Origin: Bifidobacterium breve
GTDB lineage: Bacteria; Actinomycetota; Acidimicrobiia; Acidimicrobiales; Acidimicrobilacustridaceae
Assembly: GCA_945862505.1 (NCBI GenBank)
Contig: CAMAYJ010000004.1
Coordinates: 581 to 64,580, forward strand
Direction of reading: 5' to 3'
DNA length: 64,000 nt
Below are positions 36,107-45,154 of the stretch, piece by piece. Below the pieces are notes generated by a model, which worked only from the letters and a program-made list of their open reading frames with translations, had not been told where the DNA came from and did no database searches. The first letter of the stretch is position 1. Every line of letters begins with the position of its first letter. A program made the position numbers and the translations under genes.

Positions 36107-37666
36107 TCACAGCGGACAAACTGCGACATCGCGTCGCCACACGCTCAAGCCGTCGACGACTCGATCGATGTTGTAGCAACGGTCAAGCCATTCCCCAATA
36201 GGAAACGACTGAGGCCCGTACATCGCCCAGTCCGTATCGGGACGGGCTGCATCGATGACGACAACGGGGGGATATGCAGCGACGTCTTCGAAGAACATGT
36301 TCCAACGAGAACGGAATGGTTCCGCGGCTATGACGCTCTCACGAAGTGGATGATCTCGGCTGGCCCAATTTCCGGTGAGATACCCGTCGTGTAAAAAAAT
36401 TCCTGCCGGGAGTCGACCAGCGCTGACGTAAACATCGGGAAGCGCACCCCAAACAAGAATTCGTTCATTGGCTTCAGTCGTGCTCTGCACATATCGCCCA
36501 AGTGCAGTGAAGTTCGTGAGGTCGGGACGATGAATCACGGCCAACCCCACCATCACAACAAGAAGTCCAACCGTTATCGCAGTCAGTGTTTGCCAAACAC
36601 GCCGTCCCGCAACGACAAGCGCGCAGCCGGTGAGAACAGCCAACGGCGGAACCAACTGTTGGTAGTAATGACCAAAGAATCGCAACCCGATTGGGATGAC
36701 CAGTGCCGAACCGACGAGCCATACGAGCACTGTCAGGTCAGCACGGAAGCGCCGCGCAACTGCGGCCCACACTCCATAGAACAGTGGAAGATGTAAGGCA
36801 ACAAAAGAAAGAGTGAGAGCAGCTCCAATCGCTGTCGCCCTAGCGATTGAAACTCCACCGCTGATGTAGTCGCTGTTATCGATCCATACCCATCGGATCA
36901 TTGTTGAACCACCAAAGAACACAAAAATAGGGAGCGCAGCCGCTGCGGCACCAAACACTGTCGCGACGATCGACAGACTCTTATCATTCGTCCGCCGCAC
37001 TGCCTCAAAAAGCACCACCAGTCCGACCACGATGTACGGCTGTTTGCAATTGGCGGCGAGAACAGCGCATGAGCCTGCAAGCGCGAACCAAAGCGCAGGT
37101 GTTCGTTTCGACTCTCGAGCCACAACAACACAAAGAACTGCGGCTGAAGCGGGTAGGAGCCCCCACAATTCGAAGTTTGCTGCCTGCGCATCCGGCGGCA
37201 GGAACAACGCTGTGCCAATAATGGCCAAGACTCCGGCGAATAGCGCGGCACGATGAGACGTCGAGAGTCGTCGAACAAGTTCCGCTACAACCACACCATT
37301 AAGGAAGATCAATAACGCCAGAACAATCCGAACGGCGCGCATATCGACGCTCAATTCACGAATGAGCGCATACATCACCGGAGCAACCGGAGGCTTGCGG
37401 TCAATAACGTCGACATAGAGTCGACCGCCATTGCGGAGTACGTCGCCGGTGACAGCCAGATACGACTCGTCGCGGTCAAACATTCCGTTATAGAGAATTC
37501 CAGGTGCACGCGAAACAATGGTTGTCAGGCCGAGGACACTCACCATCCACGCGCCCCACGACATGTGCGAGCGAACAGACTCAATGGCCTCTCTACATCG
37601 ACGAGTGACCTTCGCCCATCGCTGCTTGGTCAGATCGACTGTGGTGGTCACTGAGGTCTCCTGCAC
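36107..37666 (-). CDS. GT-C fold membrane glycosyltransferase (ArnT/PMT-like)
   Basis: DRDESYL and LYVDVIDRKPP in the first external loop, about 11 TM segments, HYY, and a C-terminal soluble domain. Confidence 0.75.
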   Translation of the reverse strand: MQETSVTTTVDLTKQRWAKVTRRCREAIESVRSHMSWGAWMVSVLGLTTIVSRAPGILYNGMFDRDESYLAVTGDVLRNGGRLYVDVIDRKPPVAPVMYALIRELSVDMRAVRIVLALLIFLNGVVVAELVRRLSTSHRAALFAGVLAIIGTALFLPPDAQAANFELWGLLPASAAVLCVVVARESKRTPALWFALAGSCAVLAANCKQPYIVVGLVVLFEAVRRTNDKSLSIVATVFGAAAAALPIFVFFGGSTMIRWVWIDNSDYISGGVSIARATAIGAALTLSFVALHLPLFYGVWAAVARRFRADLTVLVWLVGSALVIPIGLRFFGHYYQQLVPPLAVLTGCALVVAGRRVWQTLTAITVGLLVVMVGLAVIHRPDLTNFTALGRYVQSTTEANERILVWGALPDVYVSAGRLPAGIFLHDGYLTGNWASRDHPLRESVIAAEPFRSRWNMFFEDVAAYPPVVVIDAARPDTDWAMYGPQSFPIGEWLDRCYNIDRVVDGLSVWRRDVAVCPL

Positions 37667-37746
37667 CGACCCGAGAGCGGGCCATCAACCGCCCGGGACA
37701 TCAAGAGGTCGCCCTAGATGATGGCAGACACGTAGCCTCGGCGGGA

Positions 37747-38289
37747 ATGAGCATTGCACCGATGAACCCAGGAACTCCAGACCCTGCATCGCTTGCCGAT
37801 CGCCAGGCAATCAGCGATCTCCTTCTCACCTATTGCCGTGGCATCGACCGCTTGGACCGCGAACTCGTCGCCAGTTGCTTCCACAGCGACGCCACCGACA
37901 CTCACGGATCCTTTCAAGGAACAATCGGCGAATTCATCAACTGGGCCTTCGGTCTTTTAACCAAGTACGACGCCACCATGCACATGGTCGCAAACCACCT
38001 CGCAACTATCCACGTCGATGCCGCTGTCGCCGAAACCTATGGAATCGCCTACCACCGCTCTTCCGACCCTGACCCGCGCCGAAATCTCACCGTTGGCTTC
38101 CGCTATCTCGACCGACTTGAACGACGGGAGAACGGTCCGTGGCGCATCGCTCGGCGTATCGCGACCACTGAATGGGTCAACGCCCCCGGCGCCGATTCTG
38201 AGTGGCCGATTCCGGCAGACTCCGCCGTAGGAAAACGAGATCACACCGATCCGCTCTATCAGTTGCTCGAAGAACTCACTCACGACTAG
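37747..38289 (+). CDS. SnoaL-like / NTF2 family protein
   Basis: DRQAISDLLLTYCRGIDRLD, FHSDA, TMHMVANH and RYLDRLERR. Confidence 0.85.
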   Translation: MSIAPMNPGTPDPASLADRQAISDLLLTYCRGIDRLDRELVASCFHSDATDTHGSFQGTIGEFINWAFGLLTKYDATMHMVANHLATIHVDAAVAETYGIAYHRSSDPDPRRNLTVGFRYLDRLERRENGPWRIARRIATTEWVNAPGADSEWPIPADSAVGKRDHTDPLYQLLEELTHD

Positions 38290-38334
38290 TCACAATGTGA
38301 CGGCCCCAGCCCATCGCAGACCCCAGGGAGAACT

Positions 38335-39270
38335 ATGCGCGCAGTTCGTTGTCCAGAAGGAATACCCACCATTGTCGATGTTCCTGAGCCGACAGGCGAC
38401 GGAGTTCTTGTCACGGTGGCGTCGGCCGGAATTTGTGGTTCCGACCTTCACCTCTTGAGCTTCAGCCTTCCTGCCACGTTTGGACACGAGTTTGCCGGCA
38501 CTCTCGCCGACGGCACCCCTGTCGCAGTTGAACCGATTGATCCCTGCCACGTGTGCGATGCCTGCATCGACGGAAACACGCAACTCTGCGTCCGCGGACC
38601 ATCGATGGCATTCGGCGTTGGCCGCGACGGAGGAATGGCCGAGAAGGTTCTCGTTCCCACATCATCGATCGCACGACTTCCCGTCGGAGTCGAAGCATCA
38701 AACGGCTGCTTGGTTGAACCTCTTGCCGTTGCCGTCCATGGTGTCCGGCGCGGAAATATTCGTGGCAGCCACCGGGTCGCCGTCATTGGTGGCGGAACAA
38801 TCGGACAAACCGCGCTCGTCGTTGCTCAGCAAACAGGTGCAAAGGTCGACCTCTCCGCCCGTCACCAACGGCAGATCGAAGCCGCCACTCGCCTTGGGGC
38901 TGGTTCGCTTGACGGAAACGGATACGACGTCGTCATCGAAGCGGCAGGAACTGCATCGGCACTCGCAGAGGCTGCTGACCGCTGCCGGCCCGGCGGCACC
39001 ATCGTTTTGTTGGGCAGTTACTGGGACGGAACCGTCGAGATGCCAGGCATGGCCATAGGCATGAAAGAGCTCACGCTCGTTCCTGCAGTTATGTACGGCC
39101 GCAGCGGGCCCTCACGCGATGTCGACGTGGCCGCCACGATCCTTGCCCAGCGACCCGAGCTTTCCGACATCATCGTCACGCATCGATTCCCACTCGACGC
39201 AGCTGTAGAAGCATTCGCCGTTGCTGCCGATCGCTCTGCTGGCGCCATCAAGGTCGTACTCGAACCCTGA
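38335..39270 (+). CDS. Zn-dependent alcohol dehydrogenase (MDR family)
   Basis: GICGSDLH, GHEFAG, CHVCDAC...C, EPLAVAVH and GGGTIG. Confidence 0.92.
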   Translation: MRAVRCPEGIPTIVDVPEPTGDGVLVTVASAGICGSDLHLLSFSLPATFGHEFAGTLADGTPVAVEPIDPCHVCDACIDGNTQLCVRGPSMAFGVGRDGGMAEKVLVPTSSIARLPVGVEASNGCLVEPLAVAVHGVRRGNIRGSHRVAVIGGGTIGQTALVVAQQTGAKVDLSARHQRQIEAATRLGAGSLDGNGYDVVIEAAGTASALAEAADRCRPGGTIVLLGSYWDGTVEMPGMAIGMKELTLVPAVMYGRSGPSRDVDVAATILAQRPELSDIIVTHRFPLDAAVEAFAVAADRSAGAIKVVLEP

Positions 39271-39282
39271 CGGCACTTGTCG

Positions 39283-39537
39283 TCAATACTTGTCTGCCTC
39301 ACGCACGACCGCCATCAATTCGGTGATGGACGGATTCACGAGAATTTCTTCACCAACCAACACGCTCGGAACAGTTTCGCTTCCGATGCGTTGATTCAAA
39401 AGCGCGCGCGCTTCGTCGTCTTCCCAGATGTTGCGCAATTCAACTTCGAGCCCGTGTTTTTCGATGCCCGAGAACAACATGCGACAAAACGGGCAATGAG
39501 GTCGCCAGAGAACAACTGGAATGATCGGGTCGGTCAC
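39283..39537 (-). CDS. Glutaredoxin-like / mycoredoxin (Mrx1-like)
   Basis: WRPHCPFC and GSETVPSV (cis-Pro). Start GTG 39537; 84 aa. Confidence 0.82.
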   Translation of the reverse strand: MTDPIIPVVLWRPHCPFCRMLFSGIEKHGLEVELRNIWEDDEARALLNQRIGSETVPSVLVGEEILVNPSITELMAVVREADKY

Positions 39538-39544
39538 GGTGATC

Positions 39545-40222
39545 TCAGTCGAACGAAAGAGGATCGCGCAGCGAACGCTTGAGTTCGGCGAAACCTGGCG
39601 TGCGCGCAAGGGTCTGCACTGCGCTCCACAGCTCAAGTGCTGCAGCGCCGCGAGGAATCGAAGAAATCACGGGACCGAACAACGAGGCCTCGCGATCGGT
39701 ACCTGGCGCAAACGTGAGGATCGGCGTGCCGACGTCGCGACCAGTGCGGCTGAGTGACAGTTCAGTTTCTTCGCGAAGGAGTACATCCCATGACTCGTCA
39801 TCGGCAGCAGTAGCAAGTGACGCATCAAGCCCAGCAGCAGCGACAACCTCGGCAATAAGATTCTCGGGGATTGATTCGCCACCAAACACGGCCACAGAAA
39901 CGCCGTCGTGATGCATGCGTTCACCGGCAGCGTTGTACAGAGCAGCTACCGCGTCATTGCCACCTTCAGCACGTGACGCAGCGGCTACGCGCAGCAGACG
40001 GCGCCCAAGCCCGTGCAACGACGGATAGGCCGGCGGAAACTTTGAGTAATCAGTGTCCTCGTTGACGATCGCCAATGCGATGAACTTCCATTCGATCAAA
40101 ACGTCAAGTTGTTGAGCGACCTCAACCACCCAACGGCTGGTGACCCATGCAAATGGGCAGATGGGATCGAAAAAGAATTCAAGATCAGGAGAAGAAGCCA
40201 TAACGACACGATAGGTCGGCAT
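39545..40222 (-). CDS. Rv2466c-like DsbA-fold (mycothiol-dependent reductase family) protein
   Basis: FFFDPICPFAWVTSRW, DVGTP, FGPVIS and GFAELKRS. Confidence 0.85.
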   Translation of the reverse strand: MPTYRVVMASSPDLEFFFDPICPFAWVTSRWVVEVAQQLDVLIEWKFIALAIVNEDTDYSKFPPAYPSLHGLGRRLLRVAAASRAEGGNDAVAALYNAAGERMHHDGVSVAVFGGESIPENLIAEVVAAAGLDASLATAADDESWDVLLREETELSLSRTGRDVGTPILTFAPGTDREASLFGPVISSIPRGAAALELWSAVQTLARTPGFAELKRSLRDPLSFD

Positions 40223-40247
40223 TCGCTATTTCGTCAGACCAACATTT

Positions 40248-40592
40248 TTAAAATGCCGACTCGATCACGGTCACTTCCCTGCCAACCACACAGGACACGT
40301 CGAAGCGCAGCGACCCAGCAACCACACCACGGGCGTTGAGCCACATCAGTGACAGCTTTCGTAATCGTGCTTGTTTCGCGCGTGTCACCGCCGCAGCCGG
40401 TGAACCGTAAGCGTCGCTTGAACGAGTCTTGACCTCACAGAACACCACCAACCGACCACGCACCAGCACGAGGTCTATTTCACCCTCACGGCAACGCCAG
40501 TTGCGATCAACAACGATGTAGTGGCGTTGCTCGTACCACCGTGCGGTCAGATTTTCGCCGTAGGACCCGAGAGCCCGACGACCGGCGGTCAA
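40248..40592 (-). CDS. yraN: YraN/UPF0102 family putative endonuclease
   Basis: LGSYGE, DRNWRCREGEIDL, FCEVKTR and RFDV. Start TTG 40592. Confidence 0.9.
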   Translation of the reverse strand: MTAGRRALGSYGENLTARWYEQRHYIVVDRNWRCREGEIDLVLVRGRLVVFCEVKTRSSDAYGSPAAAVTRAKQARLRKLSLMWLNARGVVAGSLRFDVSCVVGREVTVIESAF

Positions 40593-40605
40593 CAGCGTTG
40601 AGCCT

Positions 40606-40908
40606 TCACGGGAGTCGCAGCTCTTCGCGTGGCAACTCTTCGATGTTGACGTCTTTGAATGTGACCACTCGGACGTGAGAAACGAATCGGTTCTGCCTGT
40701 ACATGTCCCAAACCCACGCGTCACGAAGTTCAATCTCAACTCGAGAGCGACCGTTTTCATTCACAACGCTCTGATTGACCTCGTTGGCCAAATAGAACCG
40801 CCGCTCGGTTTCGACAACGAACCGGAACATGGGACAGACATCTTTGTACTCGCGATAAAGCTGCAGTTCGACGTCGGACTCGTACTCTTCGAGATCCTCA
40901 GCACTCAC
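40606..40908 (-). CDS. DUF2469 family protein
   Basis: MSAEDLEEYESDVELQLYREY, ETERRFYLAN, DAWVWDMYR and TFKDVNIEEL. Confidence 0.9.
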   Translation of the reverse strand: MSAEDLEEYESDVELQLYREYKDVCPMFRFVVETERRFYLANEVNQSVVNENGRSRVEIELRDAWVWDMYRQNRFVSHVRVVTFKDVNIEELPREELRLP

Positions 40909-40922
40909 GAGCAACTCCCACC

Positions 40923-40966
40923 GAAAGAAATGCGACCAGCGTTGGTCACGGCTGACAAATGGTCAG
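40923..40966 (-). terminator. Twin hairpins plus a U-rich tract after rplS
   Basis: Minus strand GCTGAC-CATTT-GTCAGC, then GTGACCA-ACGC-TGGTCGC followed by ATTTCTTTC. Confidence 0.5.
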
Positions 40967-40981
40967 CGCGAGGCGCGACAC

Positions 40982-41326
40982 TCAGTCGCGCTTCTCCTTG
41001 ATCTTGGCAGCCTTGCCGACGCGATCACGCAAGTAATAGAGCTTGGCTCGACGAACATCGCCTCGGCTCACAACTTCGATCTTGGCCACGATCGGGGAAT
41101 GGATCGGGAAGGTGCGCTCGACTCCAACACCGAAACTCACCTTGCGGACGGTGAAGGTCTCCTGAAGCCCACCGCCCTGACGACGGATAACGGCGCCCTG
41201 AAAGAGCTGCACGCGCTCGCGGGTTCCTTCGACCACTCGGACGTGGACTTTGAGCGTGTCGCCGGGGCCGAACTGAGGCACGTCGTCGCGGAGGCTCTGG
41301 GCGTCGATGAGGTCGATGGCGTTCAT
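40982..41326 (-). CDS. rplS: 50S ribosomal protein L19
   Basis: [24 protein letters not shown] and [10 protein letters not shown]. Confidence 0.97.
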   Translation of the reverse strand: MNAIDLIDAQSLRDDVPQFGPGDTLKVHVRVVEGTRERVQLFQGAVIRRQGGGLQETFTVRKVSFGVGVERTFPIHSPIVAKIEVVSRGDVRRAKLYYLRDRVGKAAKIKEKRD

Positions 41327-41459
41327 TGAAGTGTCCTGGCTGCGATGCCCGCCCGAAGGTGGGTCAAGAAGTGAATTCGGGACCGGGATAGGTGGCCCGA
41401 AGGAACGGCCATGTTAGGCGGACTGCTCCCCGATCGGCAAAGCGCCGAACGGCCCTTAC

Positions 41460-42185
41460 TCAGGCCTGCAGGTCGGGATCGGCCAACAAGGCTTGTTCAT
41501 CGTCGGAAAGCCCCCCACGGGCCTCGATCAGGTCGGGTCGTGAGGACAGCGTCCGCTCGAGGGCCCGGGCCCGACGCCATCGGGCGATTCGGCCGTGATC
41601 GCCAGAGCGCAGGACCTCAGGAACGTCCATCCCCCGAAATTCCGCCGGCTTCGTGAACTGCGGATATTCGAGCAGGCCGTCGCTGAAGGACTCATCGCCC
41701 GCTGAAGCGGAATTGCCCATCACCCCAGGCACCAGCCGTCCTACGGCCTCTAGGACCACCATGGAGGCCACCTCGCCGCCACTGAGGACGTAGTCGCCAA
41801 TCGAAAGTTCCCCATCGCAGAGATCTGTCCGAACTCGATCGTCAACGCCTTCGTAACGACCGCACAAAAGCGAGAACCCACGGGAGTTCGCTAATTCCTG
41901 CGCCATGGCCTGATCGAGACGACGTCCACCGGGTCCGAGCAAGAACAGTGGTCGAGGCGGATCGGCAGCTTCGACAGAGGCATAAATCGGTTCGGGACGA
42001 AGCACCATGCCTGCTCCCCCACCAAATGGTGAGTCATCGACTGTGCGATGAACATCGGTGGTGTGCTCGCGCAAATCGTGAACGCGGACATCGAGCAGAC
42101 CCTTCGCCGTCGCGCGGCCCAGAAGACTTTGCCCCGCAAATCCCGACACCATGTCAGGGAAGATCGTGAAGACGTCGATTCGCAC
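41460..42185 (-). CDS. trmD: tRNA (guanine-N1)-methyltransferase
   Basis: TIFPDM, VDDSPFGGGAGMV, CGRYEGVDDR, SIGDYVLSGGE and LLEYPQFTKP. Confidence 0.97.
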   Translation of the reverse strand: MRIDVFTIFPDMVSGFAGQSLLGRATAKGLLDVRVHDLREHTTDVHRTVDDSPFGGGAGMVLRPEPIYASVEAADPPRPLFLLGPGGRRLDQAMAQELANSRGFSLLCGRYEGVDDRVRTDLCDGELSIGDYVLSGGEVASMVVLEAVGRLVPGVMGNSASAGDESFSDGLLEYPQFTKPAEFRGMDVPEVLRSGDHGRIARWRRARALERTLSSRPDLIEARGGLSDDEQALLADPDLQA

Positions 42186-42191
42186 GGTTGC

Positions 42192-42704
42192 TTACTCCTC
42201 GTCGAGAAGTTCAAAGAGACCATCGGGAACATCGACGACGAGGCGACCTTGCTCGTCTCGTCCTTCAAGAAAGCGCAACGGGACCAGTGCCCCCGTGTCG
42301 AGAACAAGCAGATCGCTAGCCGGGTTGTCCTGCACTGCTTGCACAACGCCGCGATCGGTGCCGTCGGGCTCTACGACAGGAGACCCGATGAGCTCATGCA
42401 CCCACAACGCGTCGGGATCGTCATTCTCCAAAGCTTCGGCCGAAAGTACAAGACCAGAAATCGCTTCGGCCCCTTCTCTTCCGAACACACCTTCGAAGGT
42501 CACGATCCAACGATGCTGATGTGGACGTGATGCGGTGATCAGAAATTCACGATCGCCAGAAAACAGACGCGTACCAGGAGAAACGCGACCCTTCTCGGTC
42601 GTAGTGAGAGCAACGACGACATCGCCGCGCACTCCATGCGGTTTGTCGATTCGGCCTACCTCAAGGAGGTTCACCGGATCAGTCGAGGAACTCGACCTCG
42701 ACAT
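42192..42704 (-). CDS. rimM: Ribosome maturation factor RimM
   Basis: EVGRIDKPHGVRG, ELIG, NPASDLL and LVPL. Start either ATG 42704 or GTG 42674. Confidence 0.93.
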   Translation of the reverse strand: MSRSSSSTDPVNLLEVGRIDKPHGVRGDVVVALTTTEKGRVSPGTRLFSGDREFLITASRPHQHRWIVTFEGVFGREGAEAISGLVLSAEALENDDPDALWVHELIGSPVVEPDGTDRGVVQAVQDNPASDLLVLDTGALVPLRFLEGRDEQGRLVVDVPDGLFELLDEE

Positions 42705-42966
42705 CGCCACCGTCACGGGCAGCGGCGGCGCGCACGACGGTGCGGATCGACTGCGCAACACGACCGCGCTTGCCGATGACGCGACCCATGTCGCCAGGAC
42801 CAACGCGCACGTTGAGTACAGACTTACGGCCGCGAGAGTCGAGTTCGATTTCGACGGCGGAAGGATCCTCGACGAGTTGCTGAACGACGTAGGTCAACAC
42901 AGCCTTGGCTGTGCTGTAGTCGGGAGTTTCTTCCGACGCGTCCACGGTTTCGGCGACGTCGCTCAC
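42679..42966 (-). CDS. khpA: KH domain RNA-binding protein
   Basis: [19 protein letters not shown]. Lies between rpsP and rimM, with a GTGA overlap. Confidence 0.93.
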   Translation of the reverse strand: MSDVAETVDASEETPDYSTAKAVLTYVVQQLVEDPSAVEIELDSRGRKSVLNVRVGPGDMGRVIGKRGRVAQSIRTVVRAAAARDGGDVEVEFLD

Positions 42967-43226
42967 GATGCTGCGCCGGTGAACTGCTCCCAAGCGCCAG
43001 AGATCTTCAGAAGCTTCTCGACAACTTCAGTGGGCTGCGCGCCCTTCTGAAGCCAAGCAACGGCCTTGTCATTGTCGATGGTGATCTCAGATGGCTCGGT
43101 ACGAGGGTTGTAGTGACCCACGATTTCGATAAAACGGCCATTGCGCGGCGAGCGCGCATCGGCGGCAACGACGCGGTACGTCGGCTGCTTGGTCTTTCCC
43201 ATCCGCATGAGGCGGAGCTTCACCAC
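42963..43226 (-). CDS. rpsP: 30S ribosomal protein S16
   Basis: [28 protein letters not shown] and WLQKGAQPT. Confidence 0.97.
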   Translation of the reverse strand: MVKLRLMRMGKTKQPTYRVVAADARSPRNGRFIEIVGHYNPRTEPSEITIDNDKAVAWLQKGAQPTEVVEKLLKISGAWEQFTGAAS

Positions 43227-43349
43227 GAGGTTTCTCTCTTCTGCTGGTCGTGCAAGAACGGAACTGCGAACGTTTTCGGCCGAACCCATCGGGACGGCTG
43301 AGCGGCCTTCAATCGTGGCCCGCAATGCCGTCGCGGGCAAGTTGAGAAC

Positions 43350-44852
43350 TCAGCCGAGGCCGAAGGGGTCACTTTCGGGACCGCCAGGAAGGCCGGGAAG
43401 ACGTAATCCGCCGCCGGGCTTCGACCCTCCTAAATCAGCCTCAAAATCCGGCAATCGCAAAGGGGCCTTGCCCTTCGGGGCGACTCGACCGGCCCCAGTG
43501 GAGCGGCCACCCGGCCCCTTGGCTTTGCCTTTGGCGACTTTGCGCCGCGACTTGGTGAGCCGCTTGGTTCCGGCCCCGCCCATGCGCTTCATCATCTTCG
43601 ACATCTCTTTGAACTGTTTGATGAGCTCGCCCACCCGAGCTGGTTCCGTGCCCGAGCCAGTCGCGATTCGGACTCGACGAGACTGATCGATGAGATCGGG
43701 ATCGACCCGTTCGGCCGGGGTCATCGAGCGAATGATGGCTTCGACTCGCGCAATTTCACGGTCGTCGATCTGTGCGTTCTTCACCTCTTTGGGGATACCC
43801 GGCATCATGCCGAGCACTCCCGAAAGCGGACCCATCTTTTTCAACTGCTGCATCTGATCGAGAAAATCTTCGAGGGTGAATTCACCTTCAAGTAGGCGTG
43901 TCGCCGCAGCTTCTGCTTGATCCTTTTCGTAAACCTCTTCGGCCTTTTCAATGAGCGTGAGCATGTCGCCCATACCAAGAATGCGACCGGCCAGACGATC
44001 TGGATGAAACAGGTCGAAGTCACGGAGTTTTTCACCAGTCGACGTGAACGCGATCGGACGACCAACAACTTCCTTAACGCTGAGTGCTGCACCACCGCGC
44101 GCGTCACCATCGAGTTTGGTGAGAATGACGCCATCGAGTTCGAGAGTTGCGTGAAATGCTTCGGCGGTGTTGACCGCGTCTTGACCGGTCATCGCGTCAA
44201 TGACAAGGAACGTGTAATCGGGATCGACCGCTTCTGAGATGCGACGGACCTCGTCCATCAAATCTGCATCAATCGCGAGACGACCAGCAGTATCAACGAT
44301 CACAACGTCACGACCGGTCTTACGCGCTTCAGTCAGCGCGCTTTTCGCAACCTGTACTGGATCGGTGTCCTCGGAGAAAACGGGAACTTCGATCTGGCGT
44401 CCGAGCGTGCGCAACTGCTCTACCGCCGCTGGACGTTGAAGATCGGCACCAACAAGAAGTGGGTGACGCCCTTGACTTTTGAACCATCGAGCCAACTTCG
44501 CCGAGTTGGTTGTCTTACCCGAGCCCTGCAAACCCGCCATGAGAACAACGGTCGGGGGCTTCGAGTTATAGGTAATGCGAATGGTTTCGCCACCGAGAGT
44601 GGCAGTGAGTTCATCGTTGACGATCTTGACCATCTGTTGGCCAGGATTCAGCGCTTTCGAAACCTCTTCACCAACCGCTCGGTCGCGGATTCGCGCACAG
44701 AAATTCTTGACAACGGTGAAGTTGACGTCGGCTTCGAGAAGAGCAAGGCGAATCTCGCGCAGCGCTTCATCGACGTCGGCTTCGGAGAGTTTGCCTTTGC
44801 CCTTCAGTTTCCCGAGGACAGACTCAAACCTGTCTGAAAGTGACTCGAACAT
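43350..44852 (-). CDS. ffh: Signal recognition particle protein
   Basis: ALLEADV, GLQGSGKTT, DTAGR, TKLDGDARGG and FHPDRLAGRILGMGD, followed by the M domain. Confidence 0.97.
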   Translation of the reverse strand: MFESLSDRFESVLGKLKGKGKLSEADVDEALREIRLALLEADVNFTVVKNFCARIRDRAVGEEVSKALNPGQQMVKIVNDELTATLGGETIRITYNSKPPTVVLMAGLQGSGKTTNSAKLARWFKSQGRHPLLVGADLQRPAAVEQLRTLGRQIEVPVFSEDTDPVQVAKSALTEARKTGRDVVIVDTAGRLAIDADLMDEVRRISEAVDPDYTFLVIDAMTGQDAVNTAEAFHATLELDGVILTKLDGDARGGAALSVKEVVGRPIAFTSTGEKLRDFDLFHPDRLAGRILGMGDMLTLIEKAEEVYEKDQAEAAATRLLEGEFTLEDFLDQMQQLKKMGPLSGVLGMMPGIPKEVKNAQIDDREIARVEAIIRSMTPAERVDPDLIDQSRRVRIATGSGTEPARVGELIKQFKEMSKMMKRMGGAGTKRLTKSRRKVAKGKAKGPGGRSTGAGRVAPKGKAPLRLPDFEADLGGSKPGGGLRLPGLPGGPESDPFGLG

Positions 44853-45154
44853 CAGGCTGCGACCCCGTTGGTTGCGCCATCAAACACGAAGTCAGTCTCA
44901 TGGTCATGGTCATGATTATGCGACATCAGTCCGATCTGACGACCGATGACAATGCCAATCACCACTCCAATGGTGACTGCGCCAACGATTTTCCAGCCGA
45001 GGGCACGTGTGACCGCCGCGCTTCCCTTCACCGGCAGCGCTCCGACTTTGAACCCAGCCCGAAAGGTAAGCCCCAGTGACGCAATAAGCACCTTTACGGG
45101 GAGGACGATTGCTCGCCAGGCAATGTGAACCGGAAATGTTATGAATTTTTTCAT
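44852..45154 (-). CDS. Hypothetical 100-aa membrane protein with a His-rich tail, between ftsY and ffh
   Basis: The ORF exactly fills the gap, with an ATGA overlap on the ftsY stop and a TGATG overlap on the ffh start. Gly-zipper TM segment. Confidence 0.8.
   Translation of the reverse strand: MKKFITFPVHIAWRAIVLPVKVLIASLGLTFRAGFKVGALPVKGSAAVTRALGWKIVGAVTIGVVIGIVIGRQIGLMSHNHDHDHETDFVFDGATNGVAA

Noticed and set aside
40248-40592. YraN nuclease as part of a defence or mobile system
   Set aside because: It is in its ordinary housekeeping position after DUF2469, downstream of rplS.
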